Of a stretch of DNA of 64,000 nucleotides, positions 1 through 16,732 are shown piece after piece. The stretch is from the human T2T-CHM13v2.0 reference genome, Homo sapiens. The stretch is taken from the NCBI RefSeq assembly GCF_009914755.1, contig NC_060947.1, one strand, 5' to 3'. The notes below the pieces were generated by a model. The model saw nothing but the letters and a program-made list of their open reading frames with translations, was not told the origin of the DNA and did not search any database. Within the stretch, counting starts at the first letter, position 1. Each line of letters starts with the position of its first letter. The position numbers and the translations under genes were made by a program.

Positions 1-1189
1 GGCCTATAACATAGAGTCATGTGCACCGAAATGATGTCACAAATAGATGCAGCACCATCGTGAAGTAATGTCACAACATAGCTAAATAGCACAAAGATAA
101 TTTAAGCACAGATCTTCTGGAAAGTACACAAATATGGATAACACATATAATAGTGTCCTACACTAGGTATAACAGAGTTATTTTGGTAAGACAATGAGAA
201 CGATTAAAAAAAAACATGCCCAAACATATGGATTCTTCACAGAGGTAAGCTCACATTTTAGCTTCTATATTTGTGTCATTTATCACAGATCTTAAGATGG
301 CTCCTGTCCAAGGCATTGTGTATTTAGAGTCAATAACTGTTAAGCTATCTCAGAAAAACATACAGGCTTTTATTATAACCTGAAATTCACAAGAAAATGC
401 TAGGATTTAAAACATGTATTTCTAATATTGTAGGTTAGAAATCTGAATTTGGGGGTTTCTCTCATCATATATGGACTACCAGGGCTATAAGGAGCTATAG
501 TTTTAGTGTGGGTAACCCTGTCATTTTTGTCCTGGGCAACTCTTGAAAAAAGTTATGCCAAAATCACAGTTTTTTTGGATGAAACATTTACAACTGGAAA
601 AAGATCAAAGTCAACACCTTGAATAGAGCCCAGAATCTGATTGGTAACTGATCTGGATATAATTCACGGATGTTACACGCTCTATGCTTTTGGCTCTTCC
701 ATCTGCTCTGCATCATTCTTATTTTGAATAGCTAGCACTTCAGTCAGTTCATGCTAATCTAATATTCCAAACTGGACACTGGGATCATAGGACCAAATTA
801 TCTGCCTTAAATGAAAAAGACGAATATATCCAAAGAATACACGACTACATGGCTATATGTGCATATCACTGGGGAAGAAATTGTCTTGGATTTTTAATTT
901 TTTTTAACAGTTGAATAATTTAAGACATCATATATGTAACATTTTCAATCATGGTATCACAGAGTCTTGCATTAGCATATAGTTTACAGAAATCTAGTCT
1001 ATACTTACCTAACAGTAATTTACACTAACTGTGTCTGAACACAGGGCTAATTCCAAAAATTAAACAACATCATGTTTCTAGACATAAAAGTAAGTAAGAT
1101 ATTATTACTGACTTTTAGGGGACTGGAGGCAAATGTGGGATAAAAAGGTGGAAAACGATAGCACATATATTAGTGCTTATATCATATAT

Positions 1190-1860
1190 GCAAAATAAAA
1201 GGTAATTGCTAATGTAGATTGTCAACAAGTCATGGTGGTTCAAAGGAAAATAAAGAACATTATATCAGGCTGGGGAAGGTGAGGTAAAGATAGATTTCAT
1301 GTAAGAGGTTGTACTTAACAGGGTCTTGAATGAGGGCTGATAATGTTAAAGACGTGATAATCATTTATAAGAAAGAACCTTGAAAGTGACAATCTACCTT
1401 AAGGATATAACACAAACATATATACCAATATGAAAATGTTAGCCTACAGTGCATTAGAGATCTGTGGGCATAGTTCATTTCAAATAGAACAGAAAGAAAA
1501 TATCAGGGAGAGTATGGGGCATAAAGACAGAAGCTCAGTTTGACGTCATGCACAAAACATCAAAGCAAGAAAATTTTACATAAAACTATAAGCAATGGGG
1601 AGTCATTAAATTTATGGAATGGAAAGTCAACACTATTAGAACTGCTCTTAAGAAAGAGATTTATTTCCAGAAAATATAATTTACAGGAATATTACATAGA
1701 TAATTATCTAGTGACTATGTAAGAGGCTTTGAAAGATTTTAGGACGTAATGCAGGTTGATGACATTGGTAATGTTTAGGAAGGGAGAAGAGAGAGAAATA
1801 TTAAGTCAGACTCTATGGACTTTGGCAATTGAATTGGAGGCTAAAAACAGAAGTGGAGAG
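1190..1860 (-). mobile_element. L2 LINE fragment (ancient, degraded)
   Basis: Motifs such as 'gatttcatgtaagaggttgtacttaacagggtcttgaatg' and 'gcaatggggagtcattaaatttatgg...ttaagaaaga' resemble antisense L2. Boundaries are approximate. Confidence 0.55.
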
Positions 1861-2479
1861 GGATTATGATATGAAGGGACCCATGGGTCACCATCTCTGG
1901 TCTTGGCCCACCATTGTGTACTAAGAGTTACTTCTTCTTATAACAATAATGGTTACTTTTGTTATATATCTCAAATAATTCTGAACTAGATGAAGTTCTT
2001 GTAAGAAAAAAAAGGAGGGAGGAAAGATATACTCTTCTTCTCCCTCTGCCCCCAGGCCCCCGCTATCCCCTACAGATTGCCAGGCCATTGGAGAGACATA
2101 GATAATGAAAAATTACCAGGGAACAAAAAATTAAAAAAAGACATATTGATATGATACAATATTCAAGTAATTATTGAATGCAAAAGAAGTCACAACAAAA
2201 ATGCTTAAAATATGATTAAAAGAGATTAGAACATTTATATTTCTGGTAATATGATGTGCACATATCAGTGTGAATAAAAAATGCTGAATGGAATTGTGTA
2301 AACTGAATTATCACCAAGTGAGTTACGCTAAAATATTCATAGTTTTCTTTTTGATCCTTATGAAAATTACATGACTTTGATGGTAGAGCAAATATATAAC
2401 CATTAGATGTCATATATTTACATATACTACTCAAATACTCTTCAATTAGTCCTAAAAATTGCACCTACATGGCTCTTTA

Positions 2480-2830
2480 TATTTCCCTAATGCTATGTTT
2501 ATGGGTGAAAGAATAACTGTGCTTTTACCAGAACTAGGGTAATGAATATGAGCTTATTTAGCAAAAGATGGTAAGTTCAGTTTGGGCTAGAGTTTGATGA
2601 ACTACTTGGATAGTCTAGAGAAAATAACCACTAGAAAATATGGGGCTGAAGTTGTGAAAGACATCAAAATCAGAGATTTAAATTGTTTTTTTTTTAGAGA
2701 CGAGGGGATTAAATTACTATTGAAGAGTGGAGAAAAAAGGTGGTCAAGTTCGGATATCAGAACATTTGCTTGAGAAGATATATCAGAGTAAAAGCTCTTG
2801 GATATAGAAAGAAAATTATAATCTGAGTCT
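2480..2830 (-). mobile_element. L2 LINE fragment
   Basis: 'gatggtaagttcagtttgggctagagtttgatg' resembles the L2 'gatgagttcagttttggacatgttgagtttgagg' motif. Confidence 0.45.
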
Positions 2831-3474
2831 ATAATTGTTATGAAGTATGCCTGTATTTTCCTTATGGAATTTGATGTCAAAAACACAATTTCAAGTATCT
2901 TCTGATGGGTATGCCACAATATGGTCTGGCTATTTGGAGAACACTCTTTGATACCAGCAGTGATCGAGAGGAACGCATGCAAAAGAGGACATGTTCTGAC
3001 TGAAGAGTTACAGGGTACTTTGCAGGCATCTTTCTGGCTCTAGAACTGAATTATTTTCACACAAAAGAAACAAACCTCAGTCTGGCAATTAATGTGCTAT
3101 CTGTGTTAGTAGTTCACTGTTAATAGTCTAATGAGCAGAATATCAGTTTGGAATACCACTTTATTTAAAATCTACAAGCCACACATAAGACATATATAAT
3201 AATTAGGGATCCTAAAATGAAAGTCAAATATTCTCAACCATGCATGTGTGTGCGTGTATGTGTTTGTATGCATATTTAGACATTTTGTAAATCACCAAAG
3301 ATTTAATTTAGATAGAGGAAGGTTGGAGGTAAGGTGCATATGGGGAAATTGACTAAGAGGATCTTCACATGAGCAAAGAATCCAGGAGGGCCTGGTAGCA
3401 AGAAAAATAAAGCAATTTGCAGACAAAAGAATTGTCTGTACTACAAGGAAGAGAAGGCAGGAAAAGGAACATTT

Positions 3475-4150
3475 TCTATCCATCCATTCACTTATTCATT
3501 CAATATATACTTATTGAATACATCTTAAGTGTCAAAGACTGTTTTAGCAGTAGGGTTATAGCAGTAAACAACACAAATTTCATATTCTCAAGAAGCATGC
3601 ATTTGGGGATGGGGATCCATTTTACAAATGAAACGTTAAAGCCAAATATAAAGTTCTATGTTAGATAGGATGGTCAGAGAAAGCCCGTATGGGGAGTGAT
3701 GTAGACAAAGTGAGAGAGGAATCCATACAAACTTTTTGTCAGTAAAAGGGTGATCATCCTAGACAAAGGAAAACATTGACTGCAAAAGCCCTAAGTCAGG
3801 AACATGCTTGGCAGAGTCAGTCAAGAAAAATCAAGAAAGCTAATAAACTTGGAACAGGGCAAATCATAGGGAAAAGGATGGGAAATGAGATAGAACAGGG
3901 ATCCAAAGGCCAGATAAGATAAATCTTACAGGCAAAAGTTAAGAACTAGAATTTTGTTGTAAGGCTGGCATGAAGCAATTAGACAGACATAATCTGCCAT
4001 ATGTTTTACAAGAAACTCTCCGGCTGCATTGTGAATAACAGACTGAAGGCGGATATAATTGGGAGTAGTAAAACAAGTTAGGATGCTACTGTAGTTGTCT
4101 AAGTGAGAATAATTGAGGATTGGACTAGATGAGACAATTAGTGAGATGCC
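3475..4150 (-). mobile_element. L2 LINE 3' portion
   Basis: Starts with the typical L2 3'-end antisense pattern 'attcattcaatatatacttattgaatacatcttaagtgtcaaagactgttttag...atagcagtaaacaa', followed by an L2-like purine-rich body. Confidence 0.7.
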
Positions 4151-4156
4151 TCTGAA

Positions 4157-4341
4157 GACTGGTTCTCAAAGTGCAACCTGGACCAGCAGCATCAACAACC
4201 CTTGGAAACTGGTGACATGTACAGATTATCAGATCCTGCCCCACCTACTGCATCAGAGACTCTGGGAATGAGACCCAGCAATCTGAGTATTAACAAACCC
4301 AGTAGGTGATTCCAATGCCTGCTAAAGTTTGAGAACTGCTG
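4157..4341. mobile_element. MER5A-like hAT-Charlie DNA transposon
   Basis: 'ggttctcaaagtg...ggaccagcagcatca...cctactgcatcagagactctggg...aaagtttgagaactgctg', with inverted termini, ~185 bp. Confidence 0.85.
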
Positions 4342-6249
4342 CTTTACAAGTAAAGGCTCCCCTAATTCTGATTTGGGTTCTGAATCATTCGAGCACTTTT
4401 GTGTCACTCAGTAAATTAAATGTACATGTGTATGTATGCATGTAGTATAAGAAATATTGGCCTTAAAACGTAGGAAATTATTTAATGAGGACATTTGGAG
4501 CAATGTGAAGTAGAAAAAAATTAAATATGGGGTGTATAACCCATGTGCACATTGTCTCAGTACCTAAAAACTGAATTTCTTGCTCTAAATGCAGGCCACA
4601 TTCTGATTCATTTATAATACGGTATCATGCTACTTTAGAACAAGCTTTAATTTAAATTGCCAGCACTCTTTCATGCAAAAAATATAGTTGAATTTAATGA
4701 TCTCATTATAAGTGATAAACAATTACTCTGCAGATTTTCAGGCAAGCCATATTTTCATTTTTTAAAAAGTCACTTGTGTTACCAGTGATGGGCATCTACA
4801 TTAACAAAAACTGTAAACCACAAATCTACATGAGTTGTATATAATTAATGAGTACCACAGTCTAAAATATAGAAATGAGAGGTGACTAAAACCCTGAATA
4901 TTTTGAGTTGCTGTTTTGAGCAGAAAGCATAATAGGTCATAACAGAGGCTTCAAAATCAAGAAGATTCTAGAAGGTTAATTACCAAAAATAAACCCACTG
5001 GGGAAAGCCTCTCTGACTTGATGGTCTGCATTTCCCCTTGTGATTACATTTAACATATATTTCAGGGTCCCTTTGCTGGAAGAAAAAAAGTGAAGAAACA
5101 ATTAAAAACGTTTAGTATTAACACAATAAAAGTTATTTTAAATACATATATGTATGTTTGTTTACCTATGCATCTATCTGCATTAAAAATGACTGTACAT
5201 TTATATACTCCTCACTGAAAATACATTGTGTCTCAATTACCACTCTGATGAATAGGAGATAGATTTAGAATATTGCTGTACATCCCATTGTGTTTACACT
5301 GGGGATTTTGGCAACCTCATAGGACCCCCAGGAACAGATAGGCTGGTTTTGCATTAGAGCTATCTGCCAGAAGATAGTGTTCAAAGGGTACGACGGGCTC
5401 TCTTGATCACTGTGGTAATGTATATTCACAGTATATTCAGAAGACAGGGAAATACACTTGACGCCATATATGTTTTTGTTCATACATATAATTTAATTTT
5501 TCCAAGAAAGGGCCAAAAGATAGACAAAATACAATTGATGTGTGATTTCTGCAGCTTGATCTTCCTTTCTGGTATTATTGTCTTTTGCTGTCTTTCACTG
5601 TTACGATTTACCATTTTCTCACTGAGATTTTACAAGCATCTCCTATATTATCGGTTTTCAGACATGGTTTCAATACACACCCTTAACAAACTGGAGCATC
5701 CAGAGTAGGAAGGAGAGAACTGGCACTAGAAGTTGTGCTTAAGTTGCCTGTGACCACTAGTAAGTGACCATAAAAATGTGGGCTCCCCATAGCATATCCA
5801 CTTCTGACACTATATTCCAGCAGAAAAAACAAATGTCAAAGAACCTCTAGGACCCAAATGTTTCACCACTTTCCTTATCTTCCAGATGTGATCACATCTT
5901 ACCATGACTTTGAATTGATTTTCTAAAAGAACTTTGAACATTCCCTGTAATGTATCAAACTAAACATAAACAGTCTGCACTGGAATTGTACAGGTTACAT
6001 AACTTTATCTCAAAATTTATATGTTAGGGATATATTAATATTGCTATTTATCCCTTATTCTCTACTCAACTCTACTAATGAATATTCACTGAATGTATTC
6101 AGAGCTCCTTTCTTCCTCCGTTTCTCTACTCATGAGTCTCATGTATTAATAATTTGCATTGTAAATATACGTGTACAAATCCTTGTGCTCAATATTTAAA
6201 GAAATTTGAAAAGAGGGAAAGAACATTAACTAAAACTTGCCATGAATCA

Positions 6250-6430
6250 TATGAGGATGGTATTATAAAAACACTGTTAAAATATTTAAATTTTTTTTCA
6301 TAAATGAAGAAACAGATTTAGGGAATATTTCATTGCACTAGGTTACTTGTCTATGGTCATCCAACTAGAAAGTAGTGGAATCCAGATTTAATCTTAGATC
6401 TGATACTGAAGCCTCTAGGTTCTTCCTCTT
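6250..6430 (-). mobile_element. MIR SINE
   Basis: MIR core 'ataaatgaagaaacag...ttacttgtctatggtcatccaactagaaagtagtggaatccagattt'. Confidence 0.6.
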
Positions 6431-6886
6431 TTCCATGTTGCTTATCCTATCCCTTTCAAATAGTGCACATTATAGACTGTAAAGTCTCAAGAGCAGCAAT
6501 CATCTCTATTGATTTTTGGCCTATCCATCCACTTAGCACATAATATATACACAATTATTCACCAAAATTTAACTATATATAAAATCAACTGCTAAAGGAA
6601 TCTAGTATCTTACATAATACATCTAGTAGGTGAATAACAATAATATAAAAAAGTACACATTAAATGCCAACCATTACATTAAAAGAACAAAAAAGAAAGA
6701 TTGAAATTAATTCTGTCTCACAGAACAGGTCAGACAGGTAGGAGACACTGTTGATGTCCCATTTAGATAGGCTTTTAACAGCTCTGTGAATCTCTGCCCC
6801 AGTTTCTTCACACTTTACTGCTAAAAGCTGACTCCTGGGACATTGTGAAGATTATTCTTGAGCACTAGAGGGGGCAATCAAGAAGT

Positions 6887-10021
<3,135 letters not shown>

Positions 10022-10045
10022 TATATATATATATATATATATATA
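10022..10045. repeat. (TA)n microsatellite between two tail-to-tail L1s
   Basis: About 12 TA units, read directly. Confidence 0.9.
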
Positions 10046-10722
10046 TTTCTATTTTTTAAAAATTATACTTTAAGTTCGGGGATACATGTGCAGAACGTGC
10101 AGGTTTGTTACGTAGGTATATATGTGCCATGGTGGTTTGCTGTACCCATTAACCCGTCATCTGCATTAGGTTTTTCTCCTAATGCTATCCCTCCCTTTTC
10201 CCCCTACCCCCTGACAGGCCCCACTGTGTGATGTTCCCCTCCCTGTGACCATGCGTTCTCATTGTTCAACTCCCACTTATGAGTGAGAACATGTGCTGTT
10301 TGGTTTTCTGTTCCTGTGTTAGTTTTCTGAGAATAATGGTTTCCAGCTTCATCCATGTCCCTGCAAAGGACATGAATTCATTTTTTATGCCTGTATAGTA
10401 TTCCATGGCGTATATGTGTCACATTTTCTTTATCCAGTCTATTACTGAAGGGCATTTGGGTTGGTTCCAAGTCTTTGCTGTTGTAAATAGTGCTGCAATA
10501 AACATACATGTGCATGTGTCTTTATAGTACAACGATTTATAATCCTTTGGGTATATATCCAGTAATGGGATTGCTGGGTCAAATGGTATTTCTGGTTCTA
10601 GATCCTTGAGGAATCGCCACACTGTCTTCCACAATGGTTGAACTAATTTACACTCCCACCAACAGTGTAAGTGTTCCCATATCTCAACATCCTCTCCAGC
10701 ATCTGTTGTTTCCTGACTTTTA
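10046..10722 (-). mobile_element. 5'-truncated L1PA (L1PA6-8-like) 3' end
   Basis: 'ttatactttaagttcggggatacatgtgcagaacgtgcaggtttgttac...'. Minus [27 protein letters not shown] is the ORF2 C-terminus. Confidence 0.93.
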
Positions 10723-12544
10723 AAAATATCTTATAAAAGGAAAAAAAGAATTAAAAAAAATGTGATTTGCAAAGAGACTAATGTGTAGGCTGCCTTGTTT
10801 GTAGTAGTAAATCATTTCAGAGAGAAGGTTAAAGAGATGATAGGCATTTTCAAAGAAGTAATAAAGTCTTTATTTAGTAGATACGTGTAAGACATTGAAA
10901 GTTTATTTTCCCCCTACATTGAATAAAATGAGTAGGTGTCTATATTTCTGCCTCCATACATTTTAACAAGTAACATTCTAATTGTTTTTCAAGATTGCTT
11001 GCCATGTTTCTATATTATTCTTGATATTTCTCTTGATTCCGAAAACCTAAAGGTATTCTTCTTCCTCTTCCCAGTCATTTGTGTGTACTCTTTCTCTATA
11101 TAAGAAACTTTGACTTTTGTCATAATTCATTATATACTTCTGGCCTAATTTACAGTAAATGTAAGTTTTCTCAATGCAGAGTCAATTTCCAATGACTTCA
11201 TTCCCGAAACCTTTGCTACTGTCTTTTCCATGGAGTCTATACCCAGTATTTAACGAATTAAATTGAAAACTAAATACTAAACTCTAGATTTTATTGCATA
11301 TCACCTTTCTTCCTCCTCCACACGCCCTTTGATAGGAATAGGATAGCAGGTGCTCAGAAATATTTTTGCTTCTTTCTCAATACAATGTAGGCATCTATTT
11401 TGACATTCTATAGAATAGCAAGGTCATTCAATCAATGGTTATCTGAATATCCTCTCATCTGCAATTCTCTGGGCATGGGGGAGGAGAGAAGAGAGATGTA
11501 GAGAGAATATTTCATTGCTCTTTCTATTGTTATAAAAACAATCTAATTTAGGTTCTTCCTTATTAAAGCCCTGATTAAAAATAACAGTAAAATAAATCAT
11601 ATACGACTCATTTTTAATTATTCTGTACTGTAATAGAAGGGTTCCTGTTATTTGCAAAGTCTACAAATATTGGTCAGTAAATTAAATGATGAATTCTGAG
11701 AAAAATCCCATCTAATTACATCTAGATAAATTGACTTAGTGCTGAAGTGACTACTTAGGAGCGTCAGTAGCATCCTTTCTATAAATTATGCCTCCAACAG
11801 AGTATATTCTACTTCTTTTGCATAGGAAAAAGTTCTTCATAGTCACCCTGGTAGTGACTACTACAAGAGATGTGTGGCAGTTTAAAATGATGCTTTAAGT
11901 AGATTTAATACCTATTATCTATTTTCTCTTGATTTTTCTGCTGCCCCGCTATATTATTTTTTCTGCTAGGAAACTTGAAGGGCATCTATACAATTTTAAA
12001 AGGACACACTTTAGAACCAAGTGTTTCTGGCTTTAGAACAAAGCAAATAATATATGAACTTGAAATCATTAGAAGTTTTGTTCTTGTGAAAAATTCAATA
12101 AAATATACAATATTGATCATTGACCCAAAATGCCTTTAATAGTTTCTATTTATATGCTTTCATGTTAAAATATAATTTTTTTTTACTTTTAGCTCAAATA
12201 TCTTATTCATGAAGGCTTCTCTTGAAGAGACAATTAGTATAATCAAATATCCCATGTCCTCTCTTACATTTCCCAGCTTTCCTGATAGTGATTTTGAAGT
12301 CATGTGACTTGTTCTGTCCAAGGGACTGTATAGTTGGATGCCTGTCATTTCTAGGTTTATAACTATTAAGTGCTGTTGGGCTTCTTTCATTCCTGCTTTC
12401 TTGTGACAATTTATACTAAGTGTAAAAGATGATGTAAGGAGAAGAGGGAGGAGGGCCAGCTAAACTACAATCAGAAAGATAACACTTGATTGTAGTAACA
12501 CACTGAGTTTCAAGGCTTTGTCTGTTTTGACACTTAGCCTTATT

Positions 12545-12792
12545 TATCTTAAATAACATCCATTCCCTGATTACTTTCAATGTACAACCCAACTTTCCAG
12601 GTCATTCTATCACCCTTTTCTGTTTTCCTTAGCACTTGTTACCATGTAACATACTATAAATATCACTTTATTTTCTATAAACTTCAACTAGATCAAAAGC
12701 TCCATAAAGCAAGAATGCATTTTTGTTTCAGTTTAGTTTACTGCTGTATCCCTAAAAACTTGGGCTGTATCTGGAACATAGTAGATTCTCCA
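12545..12792 (+). mobile_element. L2 3' end fragment
   Basis: 'ctagatcaaaagctccataaagcaag...tttactgctgtatccctaa...tctggaacatagtagattctc' matches the L2 3' terminus pattern. Confidence 0.65.
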
Positions 12793-12797
12793 CAACT

Positions 12798-12930
12798 TTG
12801 CTACTTGAGGAAGTTACCTAATTTCTTAGCCTCAATTATCCTTCTTATCGTATAGTCAAGAAGATAAATGAGAACATGTGTAAATCTTCTAGTTTCATAT
12901 GTAGTATACATTTAAGACATTTAATGGATG
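12798..12930 (+). mobile_element. MIR fragment
   Basis: 'cttgaggaagttacctaatttcttagcctcaattatcc...gaagataaatgagaacatgtgtaaa'. Confidence 0.55.
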
Positions 12931-13104
12931 AATATTTTAAGAAAACATCACCATCTGGTTATAAGATAAGCTCTACCATAAATTTTCTCAAGATGATCTT
13001 AAAATAAATTTTGAGCTATACACCGTAACATGTTTGTCCAATAAGTAGGATTCACGCTTTTTATTTGTATCACTGTTCTTTGCAATTTATCAAGATACAA
13101 TGCA

Positions 13105-13266
13105 AACATGCATAAAAACACACATATTTTTATACACACAAACATAAGCACACACATATGTGTGTATGTTTGCCTATGTGTGTACATATGTATGTACCTG
13201 TGTATGTGTATTTATATTTGTATAGGTGTGTGTCTATGCATATATGTGTGGATATATATTTATATG
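13105..13266. repeat. Degenerate (CA)/(TG)/(TA) low-complexity tract
   Basis: Read directly. Confidence 0.75.
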
Positions 13267-15514
13267 AGATAAATAAGTAAACCTTATTTTTCTAGGTATC
13301 ATCTAATAAATCTGCAGTTTCAATTCTCAATGCTGTGAGAGGACAAAGAAATGTAAATGTATGCTGAATAAACATCGGCTTTTCTTGAGGATAAATGTGA
13401 AGGGCAAAAAAGGTAGAGAAGAAGTAGATAATATGACAGTTACTGCTCTGAGTATACAATGTATATACTCTAAAGTTATCTTTGTTCATTTGACGTATCA
13501 AATGCAGGCAACATTTTGCCACTCTTCTAGCAGATGTCAATGCCTATCAAAAGATTTTTTTGAAGGGTGACTCAACCTAAGAAGAAAATCAAAGTAATTC
13601 AACATTATCTGCAGTAACACCTAAAACTCATTCCTTTCTGCTAAAATACTCCCTGAAGATATTTTTTCATCCCAGAACATTTCTCTCATACTAAACACTA
13701 ATATCAGTAATACATTTTAACGAAAATTTATTTCATAATAAGGGAAAAAATGGAAAGAAGGTAAAATAAAATTATTAACCAGCATTGTGCTTGAAGACAT
13801 TCTGAACAGGTCAGAACAGAAATAAACTTTCTAAATTTACTCAGAGAGGAAACAACTATACAGATACAGAAATATATTTTAGTTCTGACTTTTAATATAT
13901 TTTACCTGTTTGAAGAGAAAAACTTCTACAGAGAATGGAACTAAAGCGAACATTTCTGAATCATACATTTTATTGTGTGAAATGTCCTTCATTTTCACAT
14001 TGTTATTTACAGTTTATTTCAGAGGAAGTTACTGCATCTTAACTCTCACTTAACCATGAATGAAGGAGGTAAGAGAAAATAATAGAAATAAATGAAAAAT
14101 ACGTAAATGAAGAAAGATCATTAGGTGTACACTCAGTAGAGCTATGTAGGTGGAGAGGTTTCAAGGGATCAGAGACCTACATATGAGTATTAATACTCAT
14201 GGTAATTATATTTTCTACTAATGTTTTAAAGGCCTCACTGTTACACACTAAAAGTCATGAAGAATGAGATTTCACTAAAGTTTTATAGAATTCCAAACAA
14301 TAATTTTCCCTACATAGTCCCTTTACTGTGAAGCAGTGGAAAACCGAGAACCAAAACCCTCAGATGACTGATTTTTATAAGGGCCATTGCCATATTCTGT
14401 TTTACCTGCTGAGTGTTTGAGTGTTTTCAAAGGCAATGTAATACCAGAAATGAAGCACCAAACCAGACTAAAGCATCCATATGCCCTAGATTTTCTGTGA
14501 AAAAATTGCAGTGCTGGATTCCTGCTTTAGACGATATTCCCTGTCTTGTCAAAAATAAGCCCAAAATATCAAATTTCAAAATTCACAGATAAACTTCAGT
14601 CCTCATAAAAAAAATAAAGTTGGGAAAGAAAGATTGAAAGTACACTAAGGCAAATCCTTAGGAATTTTCATGTGCCTTTAAAAATAAAACAAGTTAAGTC
14701 AATCTGCAGCATAAAGAAAATACAAATGACATCTCATTGGGCTTCTTTTCATACTTGCTTCAATGACAGTTTTATTCTTCTTTATTGATGTGCTGAGGAT
14801 GCTCACGAGCTTTTCTACTTTCATTTGGAACAAGGTTATGAAAATTTAAACATATTGCTTCTAAATACATTTTCCTTTCTGCCAACTTGGCAGTATTTAC
14901 CCCAATTTTATTTCCCACCTCTTTGTTGCATATTTAGTGGACTCACTTCGATTTCAGTGATTCTCATAGGTTGCTATTCATTAAAATAATCACTTCAATG
15001 AATGATACAAAATATTAGTGTTGAGGGAAGGCAGAGAAGTGAAACTAGAAGAAGAAACAACAAGATCCATCACTTTTAGTGATATGAAAAAATGATATGG
15101 TGACAATTCTTTTATTTGTCTATTCTTAACAACCAGCTATTAAGCTAGGTTCCATTTGGAATATATACTGTTAAAAATAGTATACAGAAGTAGATTTTAC
15201 ATATTCTACAATTTGCACAAGGGAATTTATTTTGGTACATCATTAATATATTGTCTAGTGACAACATATCTAACTCATGCAGAGAAGACGAAGGAAAGAA
15301 GAAAGAGAAATGGAGAGAGTGAAGAGGGAAGGAGGAAATGAGGAAGAGAAAACAAATTGCATAGTGCTGTCACACTCACTATTCCCCTATGTACCTCTCT
15401 CTCCTCAAGGAACTAAGAGAAAAGATCTGTAGTTTCTTTTGCAATTTCAGCTCCTGAGCCCTTTCTTGCATAGTGTCCATCTACGAATGTGACCTCCTTG
15501 TCATGCAATAATTT

Positions 15515-15691
15515 ATAGTAGCTTAAGAATTTTCAATATTAATTTAAGCTGCACTGGTTTTCCACGTTACGCTCTGAGTTCCGAATCAAACTCCTACTTA
15601 AAGTCTGACTCCAGTGTACTTTCTAATCTTAAAGAATATAAATAAGAATTGTAATGATAAAATAGATGGGGGATTATTGAATTGTTAATTG
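15515..15691 (+). repeat. Copy 1 of a ~175-bp dispersed local direct duplication
   Basis: 'atagtagcttaagaattttcaatattaatttaagctgcactggttttccac...gaattgttaattg' recurs at 16829-16999 with about 10 differences. Confidence 0.95.
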
Positions 15692-16031
15692 CCTACTAGT
15701 ACTACAGTGTAATATTGCAGATTTCAAATGTGTAAATTAGACAAATGAAACCAGGCTCAACGAATTTTTCGGATGATGGAATGAGATAACATACATTAAG
15801 TCCCTGGTGCAGGGCCTTTCTCATAACATGAAAACAAAAATCTGAAGTTAATATGATTATCTGCAGGTTTGATATTTATTTTTCTCTTGCCTGGATCAGC
15901 ATTAAATCTTTACATAAGTTTAGAAAGTTTGCATAATATAAATAAGCTACCTAAGCAGGTTGCATCTTTAAAGTTCATTTGCCAAAAACTTTCATAGAAG
16001 TGAGAAAAACATTTCTCATAAAATATTACCA

Positions 16032-16413
16032 GTTGTTATGACTCATATTAATTGAAAGTCTACTATGTCTTAGATTTGGTAATAAGAGCTTTATATGTCA
16101 TTTTGTTTAATCTTCATAGTAATTATGGAAATAAATATTTTTCTTTTATAGATGAAGCTTCTGAGGTGCAGAGAGCTATAGTAACACATCTAAGGTTAAG
16201 TGGCAACTGAAGTATGTTATGATGCTGTTATGACACATATTAATTGAAGGTCTACTATGTTTTAGACTCTGTAATGAGAGCTTTATATGTCATTTTGTTT
16301 AATCTTCACAGTAACTGTGGAAATAAATAATTATTTTTATTTTATAGTTGAAACTTCTGAGGTGTAGAGAGCTATAGTAACACATCTATGGTTAGGTGGC
16401 GACTGATGTATGT
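16032..16413. repeat. Tandem duplication, 2 x ~190 bp (period 192), of an antisense MIR-derived segment
   Basis: Units 16032-16217 and 16224-16413 both read 'tgttatgac.catattaattgaa.gtctactatgt...gagctttatatgtcattttgtttaatcttca...cttctgaggtg.agagagctatagtaacacatcta...'. Confidence 0.93.
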
Positions 16414-16732
16414 CCGACTTTAAAACCAGTGTTTTGTTTACAGTCAGCTTACATTAGTTGATGATATATACCATAGAGCATATAGCGATTATGCATCATC
16501 TTAGGGTTAGTGTCAGTGCTTCCTGGTATCCTCTATCTATATTATTGTTGTAATGAAGTGCTTTTTATACACTGAAAATGGAATATGTCAGCATTGTTGA
16601 AACATGGCTTCCATTTTGTAATTCCCAGAGGGACCCGTTTGTAATTTAACAGATATTTTCCTATAAAGAACAAAGTATGCCTGATCAAGTAATAAAAATC
16701 TCTCATAATAATTCTCATATCCACTTCAAGGA

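Noticed and set aside
5265-5708. Divergent 72- and 101-aa ORFs in unique DNA
   Set aside because: No recognisable homology, a non-ATG start for the longer ORF, and no consistent splice frame.
13440-13595. Minus-strand acceptor-like site (ttttcttcttag) suggesting an exon
   Set aside because: All three frames hit stops quickly and there is no good donor. A non-coding exon cannot be supported from sequence alone.
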